A stretch of 64,000 nt of DNA. Source: Eubacteriales bacterium (lineage in GTDB: Bacteria; Bacillota; Clostridia; Oscillospirales; CAG-382). The stretch spans positions 840-64,839 of the forward strand of contig JAZSHQ010000054.1 of the NCBI GenBank assembly GCA_045533335.1, read 5' to 3'. How positions within the stretch are numbered: the stretch's first letter is position 1; the number at the start of each line of letters is the position of its first letter. A program made the position numbers and the translations under genes. Shown piece by piece: positions 8,374-18,321 of the stretch. Under the pieces are notes generated by a model. The model was not told the origin of the DNA. It worked only from the letters and a program-made list of their open reading frames with translations, and searched no databases.

Positions 8374-9594
8374 ATGAGCAACCACAAGGCAGAAAATATA
8401 GGCAGGATCATCGCAGAAAAACGCAAAGCGGTAGGTATGACACAGGAAGCGCTCGCATCGCGCCTGCATATCACGCCGCAAGCGATATCGAAATGGGAAA
8501 ACGGCGTCGGACTGCCCGATCTAACGCTTGTTCCGCGAATCGCGGCGGCGCTCGAAATTTCGGTGGCTGAGCTTTTTGGCGAAAACGAACGACCGAAAGG
8601 CGATATTCCGCAGGAATATATGGGTATGAAGTTCGTCTGCTCAAACGGCAAATACGCGGTTTACTCAAACAAAACGGTCGAGCAGTTGCAGGACGATACC
8701 GTTTGTTTTACCGACGGAAGCAGTGCGGATATGCCGACGAATACAGTTGTGAATTGCGGCGCAGGCGAAATACGGATTTTCGACCTTCATGATATTATTC
8801 CTGCCGTTTTGGACGGCGGGTATGAACGCGACGCAATAACCAAACCGTTTGGGGCAACACACTCGCTCGATATTATCAATTCCGCCGCCTGTGAGATTGA
8901 GGTAATACGCGGCAACGACGGAGAAACGGTAGTTACCGCCGAGGGAAGTAAGCGTTTTTTGGACCGCTTGCTATTGAGCGAATCGAACGGCTTGCTTACC
9001 GTCAATGCACAGCAATGCTCTAACCACGGCGCAGAAGTCGGAAACCGTATAACGATAGCCGTCGGCTATGACCGCGGTAAAGCCTTCGGCGCAAGTATAA
9101 ACGGTTGCGGCGAGATAAAGGCACAGCAATCCTTTGACCGTGCAGAGCTTGTAATAAGCGGATGCGGCAATATAAACGTCAAGGATCTTGGCTCTTGCAA
9201 GGTGACCATATCGGGCAGCGGAAATATCGCAACCGAAGACGTAACCGAATCGCTCTCTGTGGCAATAAGCGGAAGCGGCAACGTGGCGTGTGCGCACGTC
9301 CGAAACGTAACCGTACGCATTGCCGGCTCGGGCGACCTTGCCACAATGCAGATGGACGGCTTTTTGAACGCAAAAATCTCGGGTAGCGGAGATATTGCCT
9401 GCTCGGGCGGAGAAATGTATTCGCTGACGGTCGGTATAAGCGGAAGCGGCGAGTTGGCTTGCGGAAATCTTACAGTACAGGAAGCAGATATTTCTATCCG
9501 CGGAAGCGGTTCTGTCTCGCTAGGTCGGATAATCGGCAAATCGGTCGAAAAGCTTTCGAAAAACAGCACGCTCAACGTAGGCAAACGCGGTTAA
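8374..9594 (+). CDS. XRE HTH fused to a DUF2807/GIN-like beta-helix repeat domain
   Basis: N-terminal MTQEALASRLHITPQAISKWENGVGLPD; C-terminal (I)SGSG(N/D)(I/V/L) repeats about every 18-19 aa; GAGGTG RBS before ATG 8374; own promoter-like TTGATA..TATACT near 8280..8308. Confidence 0.8.
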   Translation: MSNHKAENIGRIIAEKRKAVGMTQEALASRLHITPQAISKWENGVGLPDLTLVPRIAAALEISVAELFGENERPKGDIPQEYMGMKFVCSNGKYAVYSNKTVEQLQDDTVCFTDGSSADMPTNTVVNCGAGEIRIFDLHDIIPAVLDGGYERDAITKPFGATHSLDIINSAACEIEVIRGNDGETVVTAEGSKRFLDRLLLSESNGLLTVNAQQCSNHGAEVGNRITIAVGYDRGKAFGASINGCGEIKAQQSFDRAELVISGCGNINVKDLGSCKVTISGSGNIATEDVTESLSVAISGSGNVACAHVRNVTVRIAGSGDLATMQMDGFLNAKISGSGDIACSGGEMYSLTVGISGSGELACGNLTVQEADISIRGSGSVSLGRIIGKSVEKLSKNSTLNVGKRG

Positions 9595-9698
9595 AAATAA
9601 AAGAACGGCTCGTCCGTTCTTTTTTTCTTGCCAAATCACACCATTGACAAGAATACGCGATTGTGCTAAACTGAAAAAAAGCGTTTAGAGGTGTTTTT

Positions 9699-11138
9699 AT
9701 GAAAAAGCTGATATTTTTCGGCTTATGTTTTTTATTCCTTCTTGCATACGGGTGCAGTAAAACGGCCGAAACGACGAATTCGAGCGAGCCGCCCGTTACG
9801 CAAAGTCAACCCGAAAGCAGCATTGCGGGTATATCCTCGCAAGGTGCGGACGAAAGCTATGAATCTGCCGTTTCGAACACCGAAAGCTCTTTGGTGAGCG
9901 AGGGCGAAGCCAGCGTTGAATCGAGCGTTGAATCGAATAGCGAAGCAAGCAGCGAAACGAGCAACGACGAAAGCAACGAAAGCCTTGTTACCGAATCGAG
10001 CGAAACCCTGCCAGAGCAATCCGAAGCAAGCAAGGAGGAAAGCTCGCAATACGTTCCCGAAGAATCGAGCACGACCCCGCCTCCCTGGGAAAACTCGCAA
10101 TACGTCCCCGACGATGAATCGAGCGTAGCGCCGCCCCCCGAGGAGAGTTCGGAATATATTCCCGACGAAAGCTCGGAATATATCCCCGACGACGAATCGA
10201 GCATCGACCCGCCACCTGAAGAAAGCGAGGATGAAGATATGGAGGGAATCGGTGACGCAGAGCTTCTGCCCACAGGCTACCTTATATATAACGGTGCCGC
10301 TTACAGCGGCACGCAGTACCGTTCCGATATCGCGCAGGCTTACGCAGACACCTTTGCGCGCTACGGAGAACTGTTCCCTGACGTCGGCATAAATGTGGTT
10401 ATGCCTCCCCAATCGGCGATAAACATTAAAAACCCGAACGTTGCCGCGATGATGAACGACCAAGGCGAGGTGCTTGATCTCTATGAAACGCATATCTACG
10501 GTGACGTTAATTTCGTTAACCTTCGAAGTATTTTCGAAGCGCACAGGGGCGAATATCTCTATTTCAAGAGCGATTACCACTGGACACAGCTCGGTGCATA
10601 TTACGCGTATTGCGAATATGCAAAATCGGTAGGTCTTACTCCCACCCCGCTTTCGAGCTTTGAAAAGACGGTGGTGACCGACAGCTTTATCGGCAGAACG
10701 AACGACTACGCGCACGACGACAGAATTCTTACCTTTGTCGACACGATATATGCATATATGCCGACCAAGGAACACACGATGACGGTTTATAACTCCGACC
10801 TTACGGTAAACCGCATATATGACAACTGCATTTATACCAAGCGCGATAGCTATTCCTGCTTTATTACGGGCGACCAGCCCTATACCGTTATAAACGTTCC
10901 CGAAAACGACCAAGACAAAACCGTTTTGGTAATAAAGGAATCCTCGGGCAACGCATTTGTTCCCTTCCTTACCGAGCACTACGGCAACATAATAGTTATC
11001 GACCCGCGTTCCATTAATATCGATATTCGCAATTTGGTGGACGAGCTTGGGGTTGACGATATTATCTTCCACGCAACCGCCAGCACAAGCAGCAGAATAG
11101 ATTACAACAATTATTACCGAAGACTTATCGGCGAATAG
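9699..11138 (+). CDS. Lipoprotein of the DHHW (AlgX/AlgJ-like SGNH) family with a long Ser/Glu/Pro linker
   Basis: Lipobox LAYGC; YLYFKSDYHWTQLGAYYAY; VLVIKESSGNAFVPFL; (E/D)ESS.Y.P repeats in the linker. Confidence 0.8.
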   Translation: MKKLIFFGLCFLFLLAYGCSKTAETTNSSEPPVTQSQPESSIAGISSQGADESYESAVSNTESSLVSEGEASVESSVESNSEASSETSNDESNESLVTESSETLPEQSEASKEESSQYVPEESSTTPPPWENSQYVPDDESSVAPPPEESSEYIPDESSEYIPDDESSIDPPPEESEDEDMEGIGDAELLPTGYLIYNGAAYSGTQYRSDIAQAYADTFARYGELFPDVGINVVMPPQSAINIKNPNVAAMMNDQGEVLDLYETHIYGDVNFVNLRSIFEAHRGEYLYFKSDYHWTQLGAYYAYCEYAKSVGLTPTPLSSFEKTVVTDSFIGRTNDYAHDDRILTFVDTIYAYMPTKEHTMTVYNSDLTVNRIYDNCIYTKRDSYSCFITGDQPYTVINVPENDQDKTVLVIKESSGNAFVPFLTEHYGNIIVIDPRSINIDIRNLVDELGVDDIIFHATASTSSRIDYNNYYRRLIGE

Positions 11139-11150
11139 AAAGGAATATTT

Positions 11151-12395
11151 ATGAAAAGAATTTTAGCCCTTGCGCTTGTTTTAATTCTTACGCTCGGCTT
11201 TGCCGCCTGCGGTGAAACCGAAAACACATCGAGCTCGGTATTCTCTGCCGCCGAAATTTCGAACAACGAGTCCTCGCTTGCCGAAAGCAAAACCGAAAGC
11301 AATATTGACGAGGTTTCGGAAGAAAGCACACCCGATACCCCCGATTTTATCAGCCAATTCGTTTCGATCGGCACGGTGGATACGAAAACGAACGCATCGT
11401 CGGCAAATTCGATACGCCTTACCGCTATCGACTCTGTTCCCGAATTCGGTGCCATAACCCTTTACACACCCGATTACGGTAACGTTTTTGAAGAAGGCAT
11501 TTCGGAATGTGCGGTTGCAGTATTCGATTACAGCGAAAAGAAATTCGGCTACGTTATGACCGATTTCTTCGAGGTAGGCAAGATCGACAGCTTTGACGTT
11601 CCGACAGACGGTTTTGCTATCGCGGCTCATTCCTACCACACCGCTTATATCGACAAGCTTTCGAAGATAAATGAAGAAACGGTGTTCCCCCACGGTATTC
11701 ACCTTTATAAAGGCGCGGATCACAAGATAAAAAAGACAAACAAAGCACCCAAAATCGACGGCAAGTTCGACAAAAACGAATGGAAAGATTATAAAATCGA
11801 GGACGTAAATTCCGAAAACAGATCGTGGTCTTACGAACAGTTCGAGGACAACAACTACTACTCTACCGCAACCTACTACACGGCATACGATGATGAATAT
11901 ATCTACCTCTGCGTGGTTGTCGATTCGCCTTATCATCACTGCCCGATAACCCAAAGCACGGCAACCGATATGTGGCAGTATGAATGTATTCAGGTTAAGG
12001 TAAGCTCAGAAAGCCCCGACGGCGATTATATCGCAGAAAACTTTGACCACGCCGCAAACGCCAAGGCGGTAAACGAAGGTATTGTACGTTCCTACGGCTT
12101 CGCGGCAAACGACAGCGGCGAAACCTGCTATTACGAAGGCGGTATAACGACAGAATTTACAGGGTTGGTTGCCTGCACGCGTGACGATGCGGCGCAACAA
12201 ACGGTTTACGAGGTTGCAATACCCTTTGCGGAATTCGAGATCGTTCCCGAAGAAGGTATGAAGCTCGGCTTTACCTTCTCGATCAACTCTACCAACGAGG
12301 TTGATAATATCTGGAAGAACGTTACCTACCGCAACGGCGGCGGTGTTATCGGCAGAAACGACTGGACCAAGATACCCGTTATTACACTTGAATAA
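11151..12395 (+). CDS. Lipoprotein with an unnamed beta module and a CBM9/DOMON-like domain
   Basis: Lipobox FAAC; APKIDGKFDKNEW, AYDDEYIYLCVVVD, VYEVAIPF, LGFTFSIN. Confidence 0.75.
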   Translation: MKRILALALVLILTLGFAACGETENTSSSVFSAAEISNNESSLAESKTESNIDEVSEESTPDTPDFISQFVSIGTVDTKTNASSANSIRLTAIDSVPEFGAITLYTPDYGNVFEEGISECAVAVFDYSEKKFGYVMTDFFEVGKIDSFDVPTDGFAIAAHSYHTAYIDKLSKINEETVFPHGIHLYKGADHKIKKTNKAPKIDGKFDKNEWKDYKIEDVNSENRSWSYEQFEDNNYYSTATYYTAYDDEYIYLCVVVDSPYHHCPITQSTATDMWQYECIQVKVSSESPDGDYIAENFDHAANAKAVNEGIVRSYGFAANDSGETCYYEGGITTEFTGLVACTRDDAAQQTVYEVAIPFAEFEIVPEEGMKLGFTFSINSTNEVDNIWKNVTYRNGGGVIGRNDWTKIPVITLE

Positions 12396-12399
12396 CTCA

Positions 12400-12535
12400 A
12401 CGACGAAATAACAAGAGAGAGGAGCTTTTGATAAGCTCCTCTCTTATTGCTTTTATTATTCGTATTATGTTGCGTACATCCCGAATTGCTTCCGCTAAGT
12501 GGCTTTAAAACCGTTTAGCCTCGTTCTGAATGACA
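12400..12535 (-). repeat. 3' palindromic element / terminator shared by the NAGPA-dockerin genes (short copy)
   Basis: TGTCATTC directly after the stop, CTTAGCGGAAGC..AATTCGGGAT, GAGAGGAGCTT/AAGCTCCTCTC hairpin; homologous to 15330..15558 and 42998..43230. Confidence 0.65.
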
Positions 12536-15202
12536 TTAACCGATAACGTAAGTGCCGAAGTAGTGACGTGCGATGAGGATGTAGTCGAACTGGTCAACCT
12601 TGCCGTCGGAGTTAACGTCTGCGCGGGAGAATTCATCCGAAGTAAGGATACGGGTTTCGAAGTAGTGACGCTTAACGAGAATATAGTCGTACTGGTCGAT
12701 AGCACCGTCGTTGTTAACGTCGCCGTTGCCGCCCATAACCTGAATGTAAGCCGCAACGCCGATATTCTTGTTGGCAACGTCGATACCGTAGAACTTAAGG
12801 GTATCGCCTGCCTTTGCCTTCTGAAGGATATCGTGGCTTATCTTACTTGCCGAGGTAGCGCCGTTATGGCAAGCGATCATAATCTGGTTGGATTCAAGGG
12901 TAACGTCTTCAGCAGAGCCCACGTTCTTCTTAACAGATACAACGGTCCATTCGGAAGGATCGTCGGTCGCTTCGAGGATAACGTTAACGGTGTACTTGTG
13001 GTTGATCTTAGCCGCGGTAAGAGTACCGAAATCGGGAGTATAGATGAAGCAGTTGCTGTCGTAAACAAACTGGTTAAAGCCGTGAACTTCAACAGCATCG
13101 CCTACGGTCTTGCCGGAATCGCTGCCGACACCTACTTCAACCTCGTCGATCCAGGTATGAGTACCTACGCGGGTCATTGCAAACTTAACGTAGCGTGCGC
13201 TCTTTGCCTTATCAAGCGTTAAGGTAAAGGAGTGAAGAACAGCACCGTTGCTGCCGTTGCCGACAACGACGCCTGTTGCAGAGCCGACAGATTCGAAGGT
13301 CTTGCCGTCGGCAGAAAGGCTTACTTCAACCTTAGAAGGAGCGGAGATGCCCCAGCTCGAATATGCAGCCGCATAAACCGTGTAAACACTGCTGTCTGTT
13401 ACAGAGCCAAGGTCTACGGTAATTTCGGTAGGACAGTTCCAACCGGAATATGCGTTCGAGCCTGCGTCTGCGTTGCTCTTCGAGCCATCGGTAAGACGAA
13501 CACCGTCATCGTCCCAGCTATCCTTACGGTCGGGAGCGGTGGTGGTGTAGGTTTTGCCCTTGGAAAGGAGCTGGTAAGAGCTGTTTCCGAGACATCCGGA
13601 AAGCTCTGCGCTGATCTTTGCGATGTCTCCTGCGGATGCATTAGAGCCGAAGTATGCTTCGAGTGCTTCTGCGTAGGACGCGCGAAGCTTGGTAAGAACG
13701 GTTTCGCTGTAATCCTTGTAAGAGATGGTAGAAGCGATAGCGATAAGCTCGCGGAGCTCGCCCTTGCCCGAAAGCTTAGCGAGCATATTGCGCGCGTCGC
13801 TTTCGAGAATGGTGCCGCCTGCTACGAGAGCTTCTGCTTCCTGAATATATTTAGAAAGCGAAGCATTGGGGGTTTCTGCAACAGACTTCTTCGCATCTGC
13901 AATAGCCGCCTTAAGAGCCGTGTTGAGCTCGGTATCCTGCGCGCTGGTCTTCTTAACGATAAGAATACAGTCTGCAACCGCGCGGTCTTCGCTCACGTAG
14001 AGATAGCCGGGGTTGTTATTGCCGTCAACGTTGCTGGTGTACATAGCGGTAGATCCGCCGCCGTCCATACGGATAACGTTGGTGCAGCCGAGCTTGATCA
14101 TAGCAGCCGCAACCTCGCGGAGCGAGATAGAACGGTCGGAAGAGCCTGTGCCTGCGCCGTCGGAGTTAAAGAATACGTAGGTGCCGTCGGGCTTGGTGCC
14201 GAATGCGGTCCAACGTGCATAGGTGGTGTTAACGTTGTGCGAGCCAACGGTGGAGTTGGTTTCGGTCTGGTCTACGCCGTTCTTAACAAGCCAACCAACG
14301 TTGGTAATAACGCTGTTTGCGTTTTCCATAACTTCCTTGGAAGCCGCGATGGTTTCGTTAACAGAGATAGCGATATCGTCGCCTGCCTTAAGGTCCTTAA
14401 TATAAGGAACGTACGAAGAGGTGCTTTCGCAGTAGAGAACGAATTTATCGGATTCTTCGCCGACAGTGTCGAATTTGCACAAAGCCTGATCCTTTTGAAC
14501 CTCGATAACCTCTGCAAAAAGAGTACCGCCGATAGTAAGGTCGGTGTTGTTAACCTTTTTACAAAGGATCTGATAACCGCTGGTGTCGGAATCGGCAGTA
14601 GTACCGCAAGAGGTATCGTAATAATAGAACTTGCCTGCCTTCCAGCCGTCTGTTTCAAAACGCTTGTTTATATAACGGATAGAATTGTTGAATTCCTTGC
14701 CGTTGATGAAAACAGAAAATTCAAGCTTACTGGAAACAACGTTCATTTTGCCGTTCGAATCGAAAGCAACAACTTCGCCGGTGAAATCGTTGTGGGTGCA
14801 GATAAGTCTGCCGTTGGAAACAGCCATACCGGTAAGGGTACCGTTAGCGACGCCGAAGAACGAGCCGTTGATAATACCCGCTACTTCATAACCGTATTTG
14901 GTGGTAGCCGTAGCATATTGGTTGGACAGTTTGCTTACCGAGCCGGCATAATTCTGGAATACCATAGGAATATAGCCGTCTTCGGGGTTAAATTCGAGAA
15001 TGTTTACTTCTTCGGTGTGCTTGGTATTGCCGCCGTAAACGTCGTACTGCGTCCAAACAACTTCGCCGCCGGAGGTGATGTTATGTCCGTCGGTTTTGGA
15101 CATAGTCACGCTTGCGGTTGCCGCGTTCGAGAACACACAGCAAGAAATAAGCATTATTGCGCACATGGCGAGCGCAAATGTTCTTTTTGCAAGTTTCATC
15201 AT
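12536..15202 (-). CDS. Secreted phosphodiester glycosidase (NAGPA-like) + helical spacer + CBM32-like + unnamed module + dockerin (paralog 1)
   Basis: Signal peptide MMKLAKRT with AAGGAG RBS; GIINGSFF, RWTAFGTKPDG, LREVAAAMIKLGCTNVIRMDGGGS; C-terminal dockerin. Confidence 0.85.
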   Translation of the reverse strand: MMKLAKRTFALAMCAIMLISCCVFSNAATASVTMSKTDGHNITSGGEVVWTQYDVYGGNTKHTEEVNILEFNPEDGYIPMVFQNYAGSVSKLSNQYATATTKYGYEVAGIINGSFFGVANGTLTGMAVSNGRLICTHNDFTGEVVAFDSNGKMNVVSSKLEFSVFINGKEFNNSIRYINKRFETDGWKAGKFYYYDTSCGTTADSDTSGYQILCKKVNNTDLTIGGTLFAEVIEVQKDQALCKFDTVGEESDKFVLYCESTSSYVPYIKDLKAGDDIAISVNETIAASKEVMENANSVITNVGWLVKNGVDQTETNSTVGSHNVNTTYARWTAFGTKPDGTYVFFNSDGAGTGSSDRSISLREVAAAMIKLGCTNVIRMDGGGSTAMYTSNVDGNNNPGYLYVSEDRAVADCILIVKKTSAQDTELNTALKAAIADAKKSVAETPNASLSKYIQEAEALVAGGTILESDARNMLAKLSGKGELRELIAIASTISYKDYSETVLTKLRASYAEALEAYFGSNASAGDIAKISAELSGCLGNSSYQLLSKGKTYTTTAPDRKDSWDDDGVRLTDGSKSNADAGSNAYSGWNCPTEITVDLGSVTDSSVYTVYAAAYSSWGISAPSKVEVSLSADGKTFESVGSATGVVVGNGSNGAVLHSFTLTLDKAKSARYVKFAMTRVGTHTWIDEVEVGVGSDSGKTVGDAVEVHGFNQFVYDSNCFIYTPDFGTLTAAKINHKYTVNVILEATDDPSEWTVVSVKKNVGSAEDVTLESNQIMIACHNGATSASKISHDILQKAKAGDTLKFYGIDVANKNIGVAAYIQVMGGNGDVNNDGAIDQYDYILVKRHYFETRILTSDEFSRADVNSDGKVDQFDYILIARHYFGTYVIG

Positions 15203-15235
15203 TGTATCTCCTTGTGAATTTATTTTTGTTAAACT

Positions 15236-15264
15236 ATTATACAAAAATCATACTGATATGTCAA
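15236..15264 (-). promoter_or_regulatory. Consensus sigma-A promoter
   Basis: TTGACA-17 bp-TATAAT; context conserved with 18322..18350. Confidence 0.75.
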
Positions 15265-15329
15265 TAACTTTATACAATTTAACATAATTTTTCAACCGTA
15301 ATGTTGTTTATCAATCCCGTCGGGCGCGG

Positions 15330-15558
15330 GAATAACACACGATAAAAAATCCCAAAAGCTTCAAGGTTTTTGGGAGAAAGCTAAAGAGAGGACTTTCGGA
15401 GTCCCCGAAAAATCATAGATTTTTTTGGGGGACTCAAAAAGTCCTCTCTCGTTGTATTATTCAGTTGTTTCGTATATCCTTCGACTGCGCGGTTTGCACC
15501 GCTTCACTGTGGGGTCCTCGAAAATGTCTGCATTTTTGGGGTTAAGCGAGGGATGACA
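15330..15558 (-). repeat. 3' palindromic element (long copy)
   Basis: Aligns with 42998..43230; holds two GG(G/A)GTCC.CGAAAA..TTTTTGGGG mini-palindromes (15398..15432 and 15511..15541). Confidence 0.7.
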
Positions 15559-18291
15559 TTACTTAATCACGTAAGTTCCGAAATAATGTCTTGCAATAAG
15601 GATATAGTCGAACTGGTCGACCTTGGTGTCTTTGTTAACGTCCGCGCGGGAGAATTCGTCTGTCGTAAGTGTGCGGGTTTCGAAGTAATGACGCTTTACA
15701 AGAATGTAATCGTACTGGTCGATAGCGCCGTCGTTGTTAACGTCGCCGAGCTTGCCGATCACGGGCTTGTCAGTGTTATTGTTGTTACCGACAATCTGAA
15801 TGTATGCCGCAACGCCGATAGACTTCTTCGCAACGTTGATACCGTAGAATTTAAGGGTATCTCCGACCTTTGCGCCCTTAAGAATCGCCTGGCTCACCTT
15901 ACTTGCCGAAGTGTTACCGCTATGGCAAGCAATCATGATCTGGTTGGATTTAAGAGTAACACTCGCCGCATTACCGTAATTGGTGACAACCGAAACAACC
16001 TTCCATTCATCGGATTTAGAGGTCGATTCGAGAATTACATTGGTGGTATAATTGTGGTTGATCTTTCCTGCGGTGAGAGTACCGTAGTCAGGAGTATAGA
16101 TGAAGCAGTTGCTGTCGTAGATATACTGGTTAAAGCCGTGTGCTTCAACTGCATCGCCTACGGTTTCGCCGGCATTATTGTTGCTCCTGCCGACTTCGAC
16201 TTCGTCGATCCAAACGAATTTGGGACTGTTTATGGTAAATTTAACATAGCGTGCGGATTGAGCGGTGTTTGCCTTAACGGTAACGGAATAAAGGGCGATC
16301 GTTTCGGTTCCAGACGTTGCACCGTTGCCCAAGCCCTTAGCTGTCGTGCTTACGCCGACATCAGTAAAGGTCTTGCCGTCGGTAGAAACCGAAATTTTGA
16401 GCTGGCTGGCAGCTTTAATGCCCCAGAAATTAGATGCGCCGTAAATGGTATAGGTATCGCTGCTTACAACCGAGCCGAGGTCAACCGTAACGTCAACGCT
16501 TGTGGTATTCCAACCGGAATAGAGCGTTGTGGCTTTGTGAGCTTCTTTATTGCTCTTGCTGCCGTCGGTAAGGGAAATTCCGTTATCATCCCAGCTGTCC
16601 TTGCGGTCGGGAGTGGTGGTGGTGTAGGATTTACCCTTGGAAAGATTTGTATATTCGCCTTGGTTAAGACTCTGTTCCAACGATGCCGAAAGCTTCGCAA
16701 CGTCGCTCACGGATGTGGTTGCGGAATAATAAGCCGCGAGAAGAGCATCGTAATTTTTGCGTATTTCGCTGAGCGTGGATTCGGTGTAATCCTTATAAGA
16801 AATTGCTCTTGCATCTTCAAGAACTTTAAGAAGATCGTTCTTGCCCGAGAGCTTTGCAAAAAGTCTGCGTGCTTCGGATTCGACAACCGCGCCCTTGGCA
16901 AATGCCGCTTCCGCTTCTGCAACATACGCCGAAAGGGTAGCGTTGGAATTGGAAGCAAGGTAGGCTTTCGCGTCTGCGATCGCAGTCTTAAGCGCGGTAT
17001 TCAGCGCCGTATCCTGCGCGCTGGTCTTCTTGACGATCATAATGCTGTCTGCTACGGGACGGATATATCCGCCGTCGTTGTAAACGTTATGATAACCGTC
17101 TGTGCCCTTGCCGTCAACGTTTGTACTATACATCGCAGCAGAGCCGCCGCCGTCCATACGTATAACGTTAGTACAGCCAAGCTTGATCATAGTTGCGGCA
17201 ATTTCGCGGGGCGAAAGGCTGCGCGAGCTATCGCCGGTCGAAGCACCGTCGGAAACGAGGAATACGTAAGTACCGTCGGGTTTAGTGCCGAATACGGTAG
17301 AACGGTAGTATGCATCAACGGAAAGGCCGCCGACAGAGGAATTGATATCGGTCTGGTCAACGCCGTTTTTAACGAGCCAGCCTACGTTGGTGATAACGCT
17401 GTTCGCCGTTTCCATTATTTGCTTAGAAGCCGCGACGGTTTCGGTTGCGGTAATGGTAATATCGTCGCCCGCTTTAAGGTTTTGAACTATAGATGCATAG
17501 GTAGAGGTAGAACGACAGTAAAGAACGAAGTTATCCGATTCCTTGTTCGCGTCGGTTTCGAAATAGGAGGGTCCTTTATCCTTTCTTACTTCAACAACCT
17601 TTGCAAAAAGAGTACCGCCAACCATAAGGTCGCTGTTTTGTACCTTTTTACAAATGATTTCGTAACCGGAAGAGGAGGAGTCTGCCTTGTTACCGCAAGA
17701 GGTGTCGTAGTAATAGAACTGGCTTACGGTCCATTGATCTACATCAAAGCGTTTGTTGATATAACGGATCGCATCGGAGATTTGCTGACCGTTAATAGTC
17801 ATGTTGTATTCGATCTTGGTATCTACAACGTGCATCTTGCCGTCGGGAGTGAACGCTACAACAGAATCGCTGTATGCGTTGTGTCCGCACATAATTCTGC
17901 CGTTGGAAATAATCATACCGATAAGATTACCGGTTGCCGTATCGAAATACGAGCCGTTGATGATGCCCGCCACTTCGTAGCCGTATTTGTTCTGGGCATC
18001 GTTGAACTGATCGGGAAGACGGGTTACCGAGCCTGCATACTTGGTAAACACCATAGGAATATAGCCGTTTTTCGGGTTAAATTCAAGAATATCCGCTTTT
18101 TCGGTGTGTTTTGTCTTGCCGCCGTAAACGCTGTATTCGCTCCAGACAACTTCGCCGCCGGAGGTGATATTGTGACCGTCGACTTTAGTCATAGATACGC
18201 TTGCGGAAGCAGAAGCCAAGAACACACAGCAAGAAATGAGCATTATTGCGCACATAATAAGCGCTAATGTTCTTTTTGCAAGTTTCATCAT
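15559..18291 (-). CDS. Secreted NAGPA-like + helical spacer + CBM32-like + unnamed module + dockerin (paralog 2)
   Basis: Same architecture as 12536..15202; GIINGSYF, MIKLGCTNVIRMDGGGS; dockerin. Confidence 0.85.
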   Translation of the reverse strand: MMKLAKRTLALIMCAIMLISCCVFLASASASVSMTKVDGHNITSGGEVVWSEYSVYGGKTKHTEKADILEFNPKNGYIPMVFTKYAGSVTRLPDQFNDAQNKYGYEVAGIINGSYFDTATGNLIGMIISNGRIMCGHNAYSDSVVAFTPDGKMHVVDTKIEYNMTINGQQISDAIRYINKRFDVDQWTVSQFYYYDTSCGNKADSSSSGYEIICKKVQNSDLMVGGTLFAKVVEVRKDKGPSYFETDANKESDNFVLYCRSTSTYASIVQNLKAGDDITITATETVAASKQIMETANSVITNVGWLVKNGVDQTDINSSVGGLSVDAYYRSTVFGTKPDGTYVFLVSDGASTGDSSRSLSPREIAATMIKLGCTNVIRMDGGGSAAMYSTNVDGKGTDGYHNVYNDGGYIRPVADSIMIVKKTSAQDTALNTALKTAIADAKAYLASNSNATLSAYVAEAEAAFAKGAVVESEARRLFAKLSGKNDLLKVLEDARAISYKDYTESTLSEIRKNYDALLAAYYSATTSVSDVAKLSASLEQSLNQGEYTNLSKGKSYTTTTPDRKDSWDDNGISLTDGSKSNKEAHKATTLYSGWNTTSVDVTVDLGSVVSSDTYTIYGASNFWGIKAASQLKISVSTDGKTFTDVGVSTTAKGLGNGATSGTETIALYSVTVKANTAQSARYVKFTINSPKFVWIDEVEVGRSNNNAGETVGDAVEAHGFNQYIYDSNCFIYTPDYGTLTAGKINHNYTTNVILESTSKSDEWKVVSVVTNYGNAASVTLKSNQIMIACHSGNTSASKVSQAILKGAKVGDTLKFYGINVAKKSIGVAAYIQIVGNNNNTDKPVIGKLGDVNNDGAIDQYDYILVKRHYFETRTLTTDEFSRADVNKDTKVDQFDYILIARHYFGTYVIK

Positions 18292-18321
18292 TCTATCTCC
18301 TTGTTAATATATTTATAGACT

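Noticed and set aside
1-9594. Prophage (lysins, XRE repressor, tRNA att site)
   Set aside because: The GH25 proteins have signal peptides and (where complete) a dockerin; there are no holin, structural, replication or integrase genes; the att pair spans only 1.2 kb.
4955-15750. Diversity-generating retroelement (near-identical C-terminal repeats as TR/VR)
   Set aside because: No reverse transcriptase in the window; all copies are coding dockerins, and the differences are mostly synonymous and not adenine-specific.
15553-18267. 904-aa plus-strand ORF, and similar long antisense ORFs (13232..15217, 18439..20304, 23098..24567, 25241..26452, 58436..60220, 62413..63912)
   Set aside because: Shadows of well-supported genes on the opposite strand; they have no motifs, and codon bias (few TTA/CTA/TCA codons) explains the lack of antisense stops.
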